Virus record (IMG/VR): IMGVR_UViG_3300037189_014399
Coordinates: 40,859-104,858 of that record
Length of the DNA: 64,000 bases
From: a virus
Direction: 5' to 3' (one strand)
Positions 1-9,965 of this stretch are shown one piece after another. The number at the start of each line of letters is the position of its first letter. Position 1 is the stretch's first letter. The notes beneath the pieces were generated by a model, which was not told the origin of the DNA, did not search any database, and saw only the letters and a program-made list of their open reading frames with translations. Made by a program: the position numbers and the translations under genes.

Positions 1-2
1 GG

Positions 3-620
3 AACAAAGCCATCAAGGTGCAGGTTAATGGCTGTTTGTAATGCAAGCACAGACTTACCTGTCTTTGGTGGAGCAATGATAGTTACAAGCTGACCTGGTT
101 GCAGACCACCGGTTGCAAGATCAATAGTTTTAAATCCTGTAGGCATTCCAATAAGACCATCTGGACGCAGCTTAATATTTGTATATTGCTCCCAGCGTTC
201 TTCGGTAGTCTTTGTAAGATCTACGTCGTGGCTTTCACTTCCACCAGTCTGACTGATCTTGTGTAAGCCGGCGCTAAGTATTGTTATAGCCGAGGTGTGA
301 TCCCCGGCAGCAATTGAAGATCCTGCTTCTTGAACCGTATCGATAATGCTTTGACGATTACGATATTCAATAAGTTGATCTAATAAATACTTTACCGAGT
401 CGTCAACCTTCAACAACCTAAAGGTTGGGAAGTTATCTAAGACGGTGACTGCTGTAGGTACTTCGCTGTACTTTACATAGTGCTCACGGATAAATTTCCA
501 TACAGCTCTATTTTCTTCAACAAAGAACCAGTCATCTTGTACGCCACGTTCTAGTAGGTACCCGATGCTGCGGTCACGGACGGCCTTAGATATAAGCCGG
601 AGTTCGTTATCAGCTGCCAC
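3..620 (-). CDS. dnaB: DnaB-like replicative helicase (N-terminal part; runs off the window start)
   Basis: Not in the ORF track. Hand translation from GTG at 620: MAADNELRLISKAVRDR...GMPTGFKTIDLATGGLQPGQLVTIIAPPKTGKS, the DnaB H1/Walker A context. Confidence 0.9.
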   Translation of the reverse strand, partial: MAADNELRLISKAVRDRSIGYLLERGVQDDWFFVEENRAVWKFIREHYVKYSEVPTAVTVLDNFPTFRLLKVDDSVKYLLDQLIEYRNRQSIIDTVQEAGSSIAAGDHTSAITILSAGLHKISQTGGSESHDVDLTKTTEERWEQYTNIKLRPDGLIGMPTGFKTIDLATGGLQPGQLVTIIAPPKTGKSVLALQTAINLHLDGFV

Positions 621-1025
621 TTATACCCTCTCAAATTCTAGATACCAATGTCCATACGAAAGCGCTCTATCGGGAATGTCTACTACATTTTTAACTTCCG
701 GTCTATATGGAAGTTGCGATGCAAAGTCAGACGCTGTCCGGTATGCGGTAGAGTAGTTAAACGGATTAGTACCTGAGTTGTCAAGATCTTCCATGACATC
801 TCTCATATCCTTTTTTGTATATCCGAATCCAACTAACTCTAGTGTGAAGCCATGCTTGTGTGCAAAGTTCCACAACCTTCCTAGGGCCATTTGATTGTAT
901 TCAATTTCCTCTGTTGCTTGCAGTATGCCGAGGAAGCGCTTTCCTGATGGACGGCGTGTAAGAATGCAGTCCAAAGAAACCACTACTCTGAGTGGTAACT
1001 CGTTTGAAATATCGCCCCCCTTCAT
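621..1025 (-). CDS. hypothetical protein (possible HAD-like fold)
   Basis: 134-aa ORF packed in the replication operon; VVVSLDCIL weakly resembles a HAD motif I strand. Confidence 0.6.
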   Translation of the reverse strand: MKGGDISNELPLRVVVSLDCILTRRPSGKRFLGILQATEEIEYNQMALGRLWNFAHKHGFTLELVGFGYTKKDMRDVMEDLDNSGTNPFNYSTAYRTASDFASQLPYRPEVKNVVDIPDRALSYGHWYLEFERV

Positions 1026-1028
1026 TTC

Positions 1029-1316
1029 TTATGGCAGTGTTTCTACTTTGCCCCAACGAATGAGTAACTTACGGAATGCATCATGAGAATGCTTAGCTTC
1101 TTCAATAGCTTCCTTTGGTGCATACTTTGAGATCTCTACAGGAAAGATTCCATCCTTTAGAGATTGTGAACACCACTCAGTGTGCTTGCACTTGGAACGA
1201 GCCTTAAACCCCTTGCAAGAGCAGCGTAGTTCTTTAGCAGTAGACGCTTCTACTTCATCGACTCCGTCGTCTGACAAGAAGAACTTAATCGTTTTCCATT
1301 CCACAGTTAAACTCAT
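1029..1316 (-). CDS. SWIM zinc-finger protein
   Basis: CSCKGF...CKH = CxC-x(n)-CxH signature; ATGA overlap with the upstream gene. Confidence 0.75.
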   Translation of the reverse strand: MSLTVEWKTIKFFLSDDGVDEVEASTAKELRCSCKGFKARSKCKHTEWCSQSLKDGIFPVEISKYAPKEAIEEAKHSHDAFRKLLIRWGKVETLP

Positions 1317-1993
1317 TTCCTTCTATCCCCCTCCATAGAAATTACCTGATACGTTGTAAAAGCTTCGTGTAGGAAACTATACATAGATTCCCCATAAACT
1401 TCACCCCAGCTTTCGATGGGAACGTTAGTGGTAATAATTGTAGGCAAGCCGTAATTAAAGCGGGTGCGAAGCAAAGCATCAAATTGATTCTCAGCCCACC
1501 CTGAGGCTGTCCTGTATTCTTTGCCAAGATCATCTAGAATTAGAAGCTTTACATTTTCTGATTTAGATTCTCCGTAGATTGCTGTTAGCAACTCTCGTTC
1601 ATCCTCATTACCTTCATCCCATTGACGCTTCTCCATACGAAGAAGCTTTGGATAGTCTGTAAAGTAAACAGGACGATCAGCAATATGTTGCTTATCCCAA
1701 ATCTCTCTAGGAGCTTTTAGGATCAATGCTTGAGCAATAGCGCAAGCCAGTGTTGTTTTACCGTGACCAGGTCTGCCAACAAAGAGCAAACCCTTTCCAC
1801 AGTTTTCTTTGTCGTTACTTGAAATAACCTTACCTGCAAGTACGTCATCGATCCAAAGCTGTACAAGTTCGTTCATACGTTGCTTGTACGGCTTTAGATC
1901 AGACAACTCAACACCAACGTGCTTTGCAGGAAGCGATGAAGATTTAATCTGTGACTTAAGACTGTAAGGTCTTAGTTCGTTTATATCAAACAT
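1313..1993 (-). CDS. DnaC/IstB-like AAA+ ATPase (helicase loader)
   Basis: Walker A GRPGHGKT, Walker B LILDDLGKE, TIITTN sensor, C-terminal GDRR; lies between Rep and DnaB. Confidence 0.88.
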   Translation of the reverse strand: MFDINELRPYSLKSQIKSSSLPAKHVGVELSDLKPYKQRMNELVQLWIDDVLAGKVISSNDKENCGKGLLFVGRPGHGKTTLACAIAQALILKAPREIWDKQHIADRPVYFTDYPKLLRMEKRQWDEGNEDERELLTAIYGESKSENVKLLILDDLGKEYRTASGWAENQFDALLRTRFNYGLPTIITTNVPIESWGEVYGESMYSFLHEAFTTYQVISMEGDRRK

Positions 1994-2138
1994 CTTTCTT
2001 CCTAACTATGTCCACTGCCCATTGAAGTCCTTTGGTTACTGCACGATTTAAATCGTCTTCATGTGGTTCCATTACTGCCAAGATCTCTGCTGCGATTTTC
2101 TCACGCAGGGTATCTTCGCATTTGCAATTCTCGCCCAT
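1986..2138 (-). CDS. small hypothetical protein (50 aa)
   Basis: Hand translated MGENCKCEDTLREKIAAEILAV...RKKDV; GGAGG RBS; start overlaps the Rep stop; fills the gap exactly. Confidence 0.7.
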   Translation of the reverse strand: MGENCKCEDTLREKIAAEILAVMEPHEDDLNRAVTKGLQWAVDIVRKKDV

Positions 2139-3100
2139 CACTCACCTCCTAACGCTTTCAACATCTCATTCTGCTTACGAAGTAATGACTCTGTCAAATA
2201 CTGATCTTCTTCAACGGCAACTGCATTGACCTTTGCATGGACGGTTGGGTAGAACTTAAAGAACCGAACCATCAGTGATTGACCAAAGCCGGCCTCACGG
2301 ATCAAGCGTGGGTCGTTAAAGAACATCCGTATGGCTTTAAGGACTCCAAGGTGGCTTCCGCCGTCCCGAACCATCTTGTTGATATAAGTTGCCAGGCGAG
2401 CGCCGTTAACCTGTCCTGGGACCCCTGGAGCCTTTATACGGAGCAAGTCATAGAACTCTGCTACCAGGTCTGCGGTTTTCCAGTCTTCCTCAGGTCGATC
2501 TGAACGCTCGGCGGATTTAGGTACTGCCTCAAACTTTGTGTACTTAAGCTGACGCAGTTTCTTCTTGTCTTCAACGTTGCCTATAGAACCTGGCGCTGTG
2601 TCATCGATCTGACCACGCTTTGGTTCTGACTTCTGTTCCTCAAATGGCCAAGCCATCTCAACCTCCTCAGAAATATCTTCACCGACTTCTGGTAAAGACC
2701 TCATCGGGCGAAGCCCGTGAGGAACATTAGAAGTACGTAGTACTTCTAATGTATTAACGCTACTAGCTATAGCTAAGCTATTATCTATAGCGGTACTACT
2801 GATTGTAACAAGGGGTTCACCGACCGTCGGTTCTTCGATAGTCGGTGGAATGAAATTAAGCGAATCCTCGCCAAATAAAAGCTGCGTTCCAAAGCGACCA
2901 TGCTTGGTCTGGTAGCGCATAGCTTTGATGTAACCGGCTTGCTTCAACTCAGACATGCCGTTTGTAATAGCTGTACGGCCTTCAGGAAGGAAGCCGACGA
3001 GTTCATCGACTGTTAGTACCCGACCCATATGAACGCACAGCAAATAAATAAATCTAGCCTTTGATGTCAAGGCGTGATCTGTGTAGATTTCCTTTTTCAT
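2138..3100 (-). CDS. replication initiator (N-terminal winged HTH, Rep-like)
   Basis: LTSKARFIYLL...GRTAITNGMSELKQAGYI HTH pattern; directly upstream of a DnaC-like loader. Confidence 0.65.
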   Translation of the reverse strand: MKKEIYTDHALTSKARFIYLLCVHMGRVLTVDELVGFLPEGRTAITNGMSELKQAGYIKAMRYQTKHGRFGTQLLFGEDSLNFIPPTIEEPTVGEPLVTISSTAIDNSLAIASSVNTLEVLRTSNVPHGLRPMRSLPEVGEDISEEVEMAWPFEEQKSEPKRGQIDDTAPGSIGNVEDKKKLRQLKYTKFEAVPKSAERSDRPEEDWKTADLVAEFYDLLRIKAPGVPGQVNGARLATYINKMVRDGGSHLGVLKAIRMFFNDPRLIREAGFGQSLMVRFFKFYPTVHAKVNAVAVEEDQYLTESLLRKQNEMLKALGGE

Positions 3101-3117
3101 TTGCCCTCCGGTTTAAG

Positions 3118-3393
3118 TTATCTTGGTGCGACCCTCTCAGGGAGTTTGCGAAACTCTCTGGTTGAGACACCGGTAAAAGTTTGCTCTACAAACATGGACA
3201 ATGTCAAGCCGACAAAGGTTGAAGCGAGTATCGAAAAAACCGACTCTCGGTTAAACGGTTCCATAACCAGGCAAGCTACCATAGAAAAGATCAAAGATAC
3301 AAGTCCACGGAATTTGCCCAGTGAAACCAAAAGACCCTCTACAGCCGTTAAGACGCAGGCGGTAGAGAGTCCAGCAATTAATACTAGGTTCAT
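3118..3393 (-). CDS. small membrane protein (possible holin)
   Basis: Three hydrophobic segments and a basic C-terminus; at the end of the tail operon. Confidence 0.5.
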   Translation of the reverse strand: MNLVLIAGLSTACVLTAVEGLLVSLGKFRGLVSLIFSMVACLVMEPFNRESVFSILASTFVGLTLSMFVEQTFTGVSTREFRKLPERVAPR

Positions 3394-3399
3394 AGTTTC

Positions 3400-6300
3400 C
3401 TACTGTTCTAGAAGCGTCCTATCAATGTAGAACGTATTCGGGGTAGATGGGGTGTCAGGCGTAAAGGATACCGTCATATCAGCGTAGCTTGTCTGTAGAC
3501 CGTACACCTCAGGCTGACGGGTAATAACACGTAGATAGTACCAAATGTTTGGCTGGGTGATGTGGATCGTTTCAGTCTTAGTTAATACCAAAGTCTGAGT
3601 AATCGTATAGAACTTGACAGTCAGGGTGTAGGTGCCGTACCCTGTTGCATCTGGGGCCTTAAGCACCACAGATCCAACTACTCCTCGGTTTGTATAAAGC
3701 TCACCCAAACTTGACGTTAGACCAAACGTTCCTGTACCCTGTACAACGCAGTATGCCTGTCCGTGGCTACAAAGATCATTAAATAACGATCCCTTAGATA
3801 CAGTTCTGTAAAGCTTTGCAGCATTGTTCGGTGTCCAACCTACCAAGCTCTTTTCAAATGATGGTGACTTAATAAGATTGTTAATGCCGTACTCGGTATA
3901 TACATCTAGGCTTGCAGCGTTACCACGGTTAAATGCCCAGCTAGAACCAAGAGGCATGTGATCTTTTACGTTCTCTCCTAAACGGAATTGTTTTAAAGAG
4001 AGGTTGTTCCAGTTGTTACTGACACCACCGTGCACGCTAGGTTCTCTTGTTGCATAATAGAACTTACCTTGTGATCCTAAGCTAGGAACTGTAAAGGTAG
4101 TTGCATCCTGTGGGTTAATAAACTTAGAAGTAAACTTTCCAAACTCTACCTGTACACCGTCAACATAGAAGGTTGATACAGTACTCGAGATGGATAAAGT
4201 AAAGGTTGTCTCTCCAGCCCATGGAATTCTTTGTAGGGACATGCGTGTCCAAGTGTTTGCATTGTTAGCATCAATACTAATTGTTGCTGTATCTACGTGA
4301 TCTCCTGAGGTTGCTTTAAGGGTGTAGTCTCCAGCAGCTCCATATATATAAGCAGAGCAAACGTAATCTTCACTTTGTGATCCCTCATCAAGCGCAGCAT
4401 ATGGGGCGTACACAGTTGTATTTAAGAATGCTGTAGCACCTGTTTTAACTACCTTACCTGAATGGGTTCCAAATTTTGCCTGCTCATTAGAGCGGGTTAA
4501 GGTACATCCAGTGGTTGACCAGTCATTAGTGTTAGTAATAAATGATGGGTTATTAATATAATTAAATCTATTACGGGTTTCCCATACACACTCATCAGGA
4601 TTAAAGTAATGCTCGTGTACTGGATCCATCAACATAGGAGATCCAGAACCACTGAAGGTTTCAATTACTGCAGGATCTTCATAGGTTGCTTTAGGGGTAT
4701 TAGTTAAAATTGCATTGTTAATATAAAACGTATCTCCAGCAGTAGCCCCCACAATATAGATAGATGCCTTAGCTAATGGCTGTGGGGAGTCAACAGTTTT
4801 TTCTGGTGAGAGTAGGGTGACAGAGATAGGGGACGCTGTAGAAGTTAGGGCTACCGGATCGCTATCAATTAACTGGTTAGCATTAAGATAGTAAGGAACG
4901 CCATTTACATCTAACTGTAGTTGGTTCTGATCGGTGTCGTTTTGAGGAGAAGAGTATTCTAATCTTACCTTTGCAGAAATGTTTTGTGCAGAAGCAACGT
5001 CTACCTGGAAAGTATATGTCTTTGATGCATCGGCAGCAACCCACTCTGTGATCACTCCAAAGTCCCCATTTGCAGCAGCGGTTACTTTTAAAGCTGTTGT
5101 ATTAAAATAACTATAGAAGCTAACCACACCATCAACCTTGGTTGATAGGGGGGATGTCAATGTAAGGATTGCACTTTGATTGCTGTTTTGAAGATCAAAG
5201 CTATCAATAGTATGTGCAGTCCCATTAATGTATACGGTTGTAAACCCTGAGATATCAATGTAGTTAATAGGAGCGTAACCACTATACTGATTATTAAGAA
5301 GGAGTTGAGTAGAGCCAGATTCTCCATACCCATAGGTATCTACTTCAATGTCTTTTCTTAAGATGCCCTGTATAGGGTTGTGATCTTGTTCAAGAATTGC
5401 GTTGTAAGCAACCCACCCAGCAATTCCATCTTCAAATGTAGGGTTAGGTACGTTGTTGTTTTGTTCACCCTCAATAACGATAGTAGATCTTCTAGGGTCT
5501 TGATACTCAAGTGATATAGCTTCACCTTCAGTAACTTGACACATATCAAAAAGAATACGATCATTTGTACTTTGAGGTATTACTGTTAAAGTAAATAAAA
5601 CGTAGCTTGCTCCAATTGGAACTTCAGCACCTCGTCTACTTACCCCACCAGAAGTAAATTCAGTCCAAGAAGTTGTAGTTGTGTGCACATCGGAGGTGCT
5701 GTCATTTCCTAAGTGAGTACCTGTTTTATCATAAAAACTTGTAGTAACAGCAATAGTTGCTGGGCTATCTAAGTGTTTAATCCAGCCACTAAATAGCATG
5801 TATTCATACTTCTCTACCGGAATACCGTACTTAAGAGCATTAAGCTTTGTTGCAGGTGCTTGATCGTTAGGGTAGGTAGGCAAGGTTAGAACAGCTGATG
5901 CTTCGGTTACTGTAAGTAATCCGTAGCCTTTTGTTCTAGGTGGATAGTCAATATCAACAAAGTTTGGAACTGGTGCAGTCTGCTGGGTTCCAACATCCGT
6001 AGATGAAGTAGAGTACTGTTTACTTACAAAAGTACCACCCGTTACTGTCCAGTGTCCTACGTTCTCTTCAAATGAAGCGTCATTGTAATCAAGCATTCTA
6101 TTAATGCCTGGTTTAATAACGGTATCCCAGTGAGTTAAAGCAGTGGTTAGTGACTGGATCTGAACTCCGGTTCCCTTTTCTCCAAGGGAACGAAGAGCTC
6201 CCTTATATAAAGAGCGGTGATATAGATCACCTAGAGATGGCTCATAGGTAAAACCAAAGTCAATAATCTGTTGGGTCAAGATCTTTGTTGGGATGTAACG

Positions 6301-6855
6301 ACTTTGACTAACGTTTTCAATAAGTCCTGCCTCAGCTCTAAACTTATCGTATTGAAAAGCAAAAGCAGATAGAATGCTATTTAAGAATCCTGTTTCAGGT
6401 TCTCCGGTCGCATCTCCATATCCGTCATATTCATTTAACCAAGCAGAAGGTAACCACTTCTCAATTTTAGTCAGTGTGTCCGTATCGCCAACAAGCGTGT
6501 CATATCCGGCCCCACAAAGAATCCAATCGCGTCCATTGAACACCCATAAAGAATAGTGAACTTCAAACCCGTAGTTAATATCAACATCATAGTAAGAGCT
6601 TTTAAAATTATTAAAGGTTCCACCATCTAGAATAATTCCATCGTCTGGTCTATCTGGAATTCCTGAATAGCTTTTAATTAACTTCCAGTGTGTAATAGTT
6701 CTATCTTGTGGGTCTCCTGTAACCGCTTTCCACTTAATAACAACGCGACCATAGTCGTAGGACCACACCGTAAGGTCAGCGTTATAGAAGGCACCTACGT
6801 TGAGAATCTCACCGTATTTTTCTGTGCCGTACAGAAAGAGATTATACTTTGCCAT
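3400..6855 (-). CDS. baseplate/tail protein with repeated carbohydrate-binding-like domains
   Basis: 1151 aa after baseplate J; N-terminal gpI-like region (KGT...TALT); repeated N-P/S-x-F-E-x(3-4)-W jelly-roll starts. Confidence 0.7.
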   Translation of the reverse strand: MAKYNLFLYGTEKYGEILNVGAFYNADLTVWSYDYGRVVIKWKAVTGDPQDRTITHWKLIKSYSGIPDRPDDGIILDGGTFNNFKSSYYDVDINYGFEVHYSLWVFNGRDWILCGAGYDTLVGDTDTLTKIEKWLPSAWLNEYDGYGDATGEPETGFLNSILSAFAFQYDKFRAEAGLIENVSQSRYIPTKILTQQIIDFGFTYEPSLGDLYHRSLYKGALRSLGEKGTGVQIQSLTTALTHWDTVIKPGINRMLDYNDASFEENVGHWTVTGGTFVSKQYSTSSTDVGTQQTAPVPNFVDIDYPPRTKGYGLLTVTEASAVLTLPTYPNDQAPATKLNALKYGIPVEKYEYMLFSGWIKHLDSPATIAVTTSFYDKTGTHLGNDSTSDVHTTTTSWTEFTSGGVSRRGAEVPIGASYVLFTLTVIPQSTNDRILFDMCQVTEGEAISLEYQDPRRSTIVIEGEQNNNVPNPTFEDGIAGWVAYNAILEQDHNPIQGILRKDIEVDTYGYGESGSTQLLLNNQYSGYAPINYIDISGFTTVYINGTAHTIDSFDLQNSNQSAILTLTSPLSTKVDGVVSFYSYFNTTALKVTAAANGDFGVITEWVAADASKTYTFQVDVASAQNISAKVRLEYSSPQNDTDQNQLQLDVNGVPYYLNANQLIDSDPVALTSTASPISVTLLSPEKTVDSPQPLAKASIYIVGATAGDTFYINNAILTNTPKATYEDPAVIETFSGSGSPMLMDPVHEHYFNPDECVWETRNRFNYINNPSFITNTNDWSTTGCTLTRSNEQAKFGTHSGKVVKTGATAFLNTTVYAPYAALDEGSQSEDYVCSAYIYGAAGDYTLKATSGDHVDTATISIDANNANTWTRMSLQRIPWAGETTFTLSISSTVSTFYVDGVQVEFGKFTSKFINPQDATTFTVPSLGSQGKFYYATREPSVHGGVSNNWNNLSLKQFRLGENVKDHMPLGSSWAFNRGNAASLDVYTEYGINNLIKSPSFEKSLVGWTPNNAAKLYRTVSKGSLFNDLCSHGQAYCVVQGTGTFGLTSSLGELYTNRGVVGSVVLKAPDATGYGTYTLTVKFYTITQTLVLTKTETIHITQPNIWYYLRVITRQPEVYGLQTSYADMTVSFTPDTPSTPNTFYIDRTLLEQ

Positions 6856-6863
6856 TTAATTAA

Positions 6864-7418
6864 TTACATTCCCGCCAGCATGAATGGATCAAATGGATTG
6901 GCGTTTGCTGCTGCAGTCAAAGTTGCAATTGCAGCTGTAAGGGCGTTGTACTCAGTACTGTTCACATAGACAACGTTGTTAGGTCCTACTTTAGGATTGC
7001 CGGCACCATCTACTGCAAAGCCCAATGTATTTGTATAATCATAGGTTTCAAGTAAGTTGGTTCCATTAGTAGCAAGAATGTTCTTTGCCTTAATAGCAAC
7101 TGAGTTAGCTACCGTTACTGTATCGCCTGACTTCTTAAAGTATGGGCTGTTACCGGTAGTAACACCATTAACAAGGCCTGCCTCAATATTGTTAATGCGA
7201 TCAGATAGAGATGGCCAAGCCGTTCCACGCTGTACGAATGATCCAGACCAGTTAGAGGTAAGCATGCCAGCCTGAGGACTACTGGTTCCATTGAGGTAGT
7301 ACTCAATGTTATAGACCTCAGTCTGAAGAGAGTTAACGTCGTCAGCGTTTACTGTGTCCTGAAGGTTTACCTTAGGAACGAAGGTGCGTACGTTAATCGG
7401 AAAGTATTGTGATGGCAT
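6864..7418 (-). CDS. baseplate/tail-fibre-associated structural protein
   Basis: VNADDVNSLQTEV..IE fibre-anchor-like motif; lies between baseplate genes. Confidence 0.55.
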   Translation of the reverse strand: MPSQYFPINVRTFVPKVNLQDTVNADDVNSLQTEVYNIEYYLNGTSSPQAGMLTSNWSGSFVQRGTAWPSLSDRINNIEAGLVNGVTTGNSPYFKKSGDTVTVANSVAIKAKNILATNGTNLLETYDYTNTLGFAVDGAGNPKVGPNNVVYVNSTEYNALTAAIATLTAAANANPFDPFMLAGM

Positions 7419-7431
7419 TTATTCCTCTTTC

Positions 7432-8967
7432 TTAGCTGTGCCCACCGGTTGGATTGATAGTTAGTGCGCTCGCAGTCATGTAAGGTACTTGATCTGGATT
7501 TAAAGTAAGTGTAGCTAAACCACCGGCATTGTCGGCATTTAACGCAGTAAGATCTACAGAGAGCACACCTTCAATAGATGAGATAGCAGTAATAACTGAA
7601 GAGATAGTTACAATTCTTTGGAAAGTATTGTTGTCATAGGAGAATAGTCCTGTTGCACTTAACAACGCTTTCTTAATGTTAATTACAACAGTAGATTGTT
7701 TATAGGCGCCATCAATAAGAATATTTGCTGTGGCGTAAATAGGAACATAGGTAGGAGGAGATACGGTAACAGTTGTTCCAATTAAAGATGGAGCTGTAAG
7801 AGCGGTCGTAACAGCAAGGGAGATATCATTCCAAGCGCCAGTAGCAATACCTGAAACAATACCTGGAGTATATGTTCCATCATCTTGTGGTTGAACGTAT
7901 ACAGTAACTGAAGTCCAGCTGCCAGCTACGGCATTTGCCTTACCCACACCAGGAACTTGCTTAGCAAGGTTTACATAGTCATCAAGGGTTACAGCTCTGT
8001 TTCGTGTGTTTACAGATGCTTTAATCTTGCTACGAAGTTTAGTAAGATCGTCTGCATCTGCACCACCAAAAGCAGCGTATGAGTTTGTTACAGACAAGGA
8101 ACCTACAGCTGCTGGGTCTGGGTTTCCTGGAATAAAGGTAACTTCAGAGATAGAACCAGCAGTAATATTTCCAGATATACCTGAGCTTGTTTTATAGACA
8201 GCACCAACTAGCTGTCCGGTTGGTGGGATTAAACCATTTGTTCCATCACCAAATATAACGTTAGTGGATCCATCATCGTTTAACTTTGTAGTAAACACGT
8301 GATCTTGTGGGCCGTATTCAATTAAAGAAGATACATATTGCCATGGAGCAAAAGCAACGCCTTGACCAATATAGACCTTTAAAGATCCGGTTACAAGATT
8401 CGTATCAAAGATATAAAAAGATTGGTTAGATGAACCGTCAGTTGTTCCAAGGCTAATTGGAATTGGTAGGTGATAGGTAGGATCAATAAGGTCAGGTCGA
8501 TCCGTATTAACTGTCTTGCCTTCTACCGCGGTAACGGACTGAGTATCTCCAGCAGCAAGCTGGCTTAATAACTGTGTTGTCTCAAAGAATACTTCACGGT
8601 ATGGACCATATACAAGGGGAGCCATAACCTGTGTTCCAATAGGAAGGTCTATAGGAGAGGTACCGTTATTAGTAAAAGCCACTGTAACGGCTGCTGGCTT
8701 TGGGCCAGATGGGTTATATCCGTATAGCTCAGCAAAGTTAAGAAGGGTTGTGGTTTTTACAGCGGTACTGATTGCCGTCTCATTTGCTGCTCTATCAATG
8801 TAGTAGTTAACGACATCGCCCATATAGGCAAACGCCTCTACAAGAACATTACCCAGATCATTGTAATCTGTAGGGTCCCAGTTAAGGCCTGTTCGTGCAT
8901 TGATCAGCTTAATCAGATCCGTTTTAAGGGAGTTAAAGTCCCTAGAGGTGTAATCTATTTGCATCAT
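7432..8967 (-). CDS. baseplate wedge protein (gpJ / T4 gp6-like)
   Basis: IDYTSRDFNSLK..., FGDG..G..P, GGAD, RAVTLDDY motifs. Confidence 0.93.
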   Translation of the reverse strand: MMQIDYTSRDFNSLKTDLIKLINARTGLNWDPTDYNDLGNVLVEAFAYMGDVVNYYIDRAANETAISTAVKTTTLLNFAELYGYNPSGPKPAAVTVAFTNNGTSPIDLPIGTQVMAPLVYGPYREVFFETTQLLSQLAAGDTQSVTAVEGKTVNTDRPDLIDPTYHLPIPISLGTTDGSSNQSFYIFDTNLVTGSLKVYIGQGVAFAPWQYVSSLIEYGPQDHVFTTKLNDDGSTNVIFGDGTNGLIPPTGQLVGAVYKTSSGISGNITAGSISEVTFIPGNPDPAAVGSLSVTNSYAAFGGADADDLTKLRSKIKASVNTRNRAVTLDDYVNLAKQVPGVGKANAVAGSWTSVTVYVQPQDDGTYTPGIVSGIATGAWNDISLAVTTALTAPSLIGTTVTVSPPTYVPIYATANILIDGAYKQSTVVINIKKALLSATGLFSYDNNTFQRIVTISSVITAISSIEGVLSVDLTALNADNAGGLATLTLNPDQVPYMTASALTINPTGGHS

Positions 8968-9357
8968 TTACTCCGCTGTAATAGTTCCGTTAGCTCTAAA
9001 CACTGCTGTTCTAATTACGGTCTGCACCACAGTTCCATTAGGAATTTGTATAGAAACGTCTAGTGTGGCTTTTCCATCCCTATCAAAGATAGCTGAGGAT
9101 ACCCGGATTAATTTTACATCAGGCATCCACCGTTTAACGGCTGTATTTACAGCAGCTTCTACGGACTGTTGAATACGGCCTTCGTTTTCAAATAAGGCAG
9201 TACCAAAGTCAGTCCCATACTCTGGATACATTGGACGTTGACCAATATGTGTAGATAGTAAAGTTACCAAGCGATCAAGGTAAATTGAACCTAGATCTTC
9301 AGTAGCAGAGATAACCCCATACTTATCTAGTGTCAGTGGGTACTTTATAGATTTCAT
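8968..9357 (-). CDS. baseplate wedge subunit, gp25/gpW-like
   Basis: LLSTHIGQRPMYPEYGT and RWMP motifs; the ATG at 9357 overlaps the upstream stop (ATGA). Confidence 0.88.
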   Translation of the reverse strand: MKSIKYPLTLDKYGVISATEDLGSIYLDRLVTLLSTHIGQRPMYPEYGTDFGTALFENEGRIQQSVEAAVNTAVKRWMPDVKLIRVSSAIFDRDGKATLDVSIQIPNGTVVQTVIRTAVFRANGTITAE

Positions 9358-9965
9358 TGAACTCCAATCCATACTGGGTATTCAGGATCTCCAGCTATAA
9401 ACATGATCCAAACCATTTGTCCCTCCACAGGAACCAACCTATGAAAGGTATGCTCTGGAGTAGTTACGCCAGCTGTAGTTGTAGTTCCTGGTGCGGTAAC
9501 TCCATTTTTATAAATACTTTCCTCAGCAGAATCCGTTGTAGAAGTAGTACTGGAAGTTAAAGCTCTTATCTTTCCCTTTGTTTCAACCATAGACTTAGTT
9601 GTTGTGTGAGCATGGTTAAGCTGCTTTGTAGCGTCCTTAGCAACAACTGTTAAAGCTGGAATAGTAACTTGATGTGTGTGGGTTCCCACGGGGTAGGATG
9701 GTCCATTTCCAGATGTAACCGTTTTAGCTTCGGTAGTAAGAAGGGCCGCAACTTGAGCTGCGGTGTGGGGTAGGTGGTCGGGATGGTAAGACTCTGAAGT
9801 AATGGGCAGTACAGCTCTAGCCCAACCGGTTATAGCTTCACCTGTTGGTTGAAATACTTGAACTTGAATTCTATTTTTCTTTAATGGGTCTCTAATACTA
9901 ATGACCTTAGCTTCATATATTCCGTAAAATCTAAGGCGACCAATGTCATCCATTCCGTAATTCAT
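9354..9965 (-). CDS. baseplate central spike (gp5/gpV OB-fold)
   Basis: FYGIYEAKV...DPLKKNRIQV...GWA and VPVEGQMVWIMFIAGDPEYPVWIG OB-fold ends. Confidence 0.82.
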   Translation of the reverse strand: MNYGMDDIGRLRFYGIYEAKVISIRDPLKKNRIQVQVFQPTGEAITGWARAVLPITSESYHPDHLPHTAAQVAALLTTEAKTVTSGNGPSYPVGTHTHQVTIPALTVVAKDATKQLNHAHTTTKSMVETKGKIRALTSSTTSTTDSAEESIYKNGVTAPGTTTTAGVTTPEHTFHRLVPVEGQMVWIMFIAGDPEYPVWIGVQ

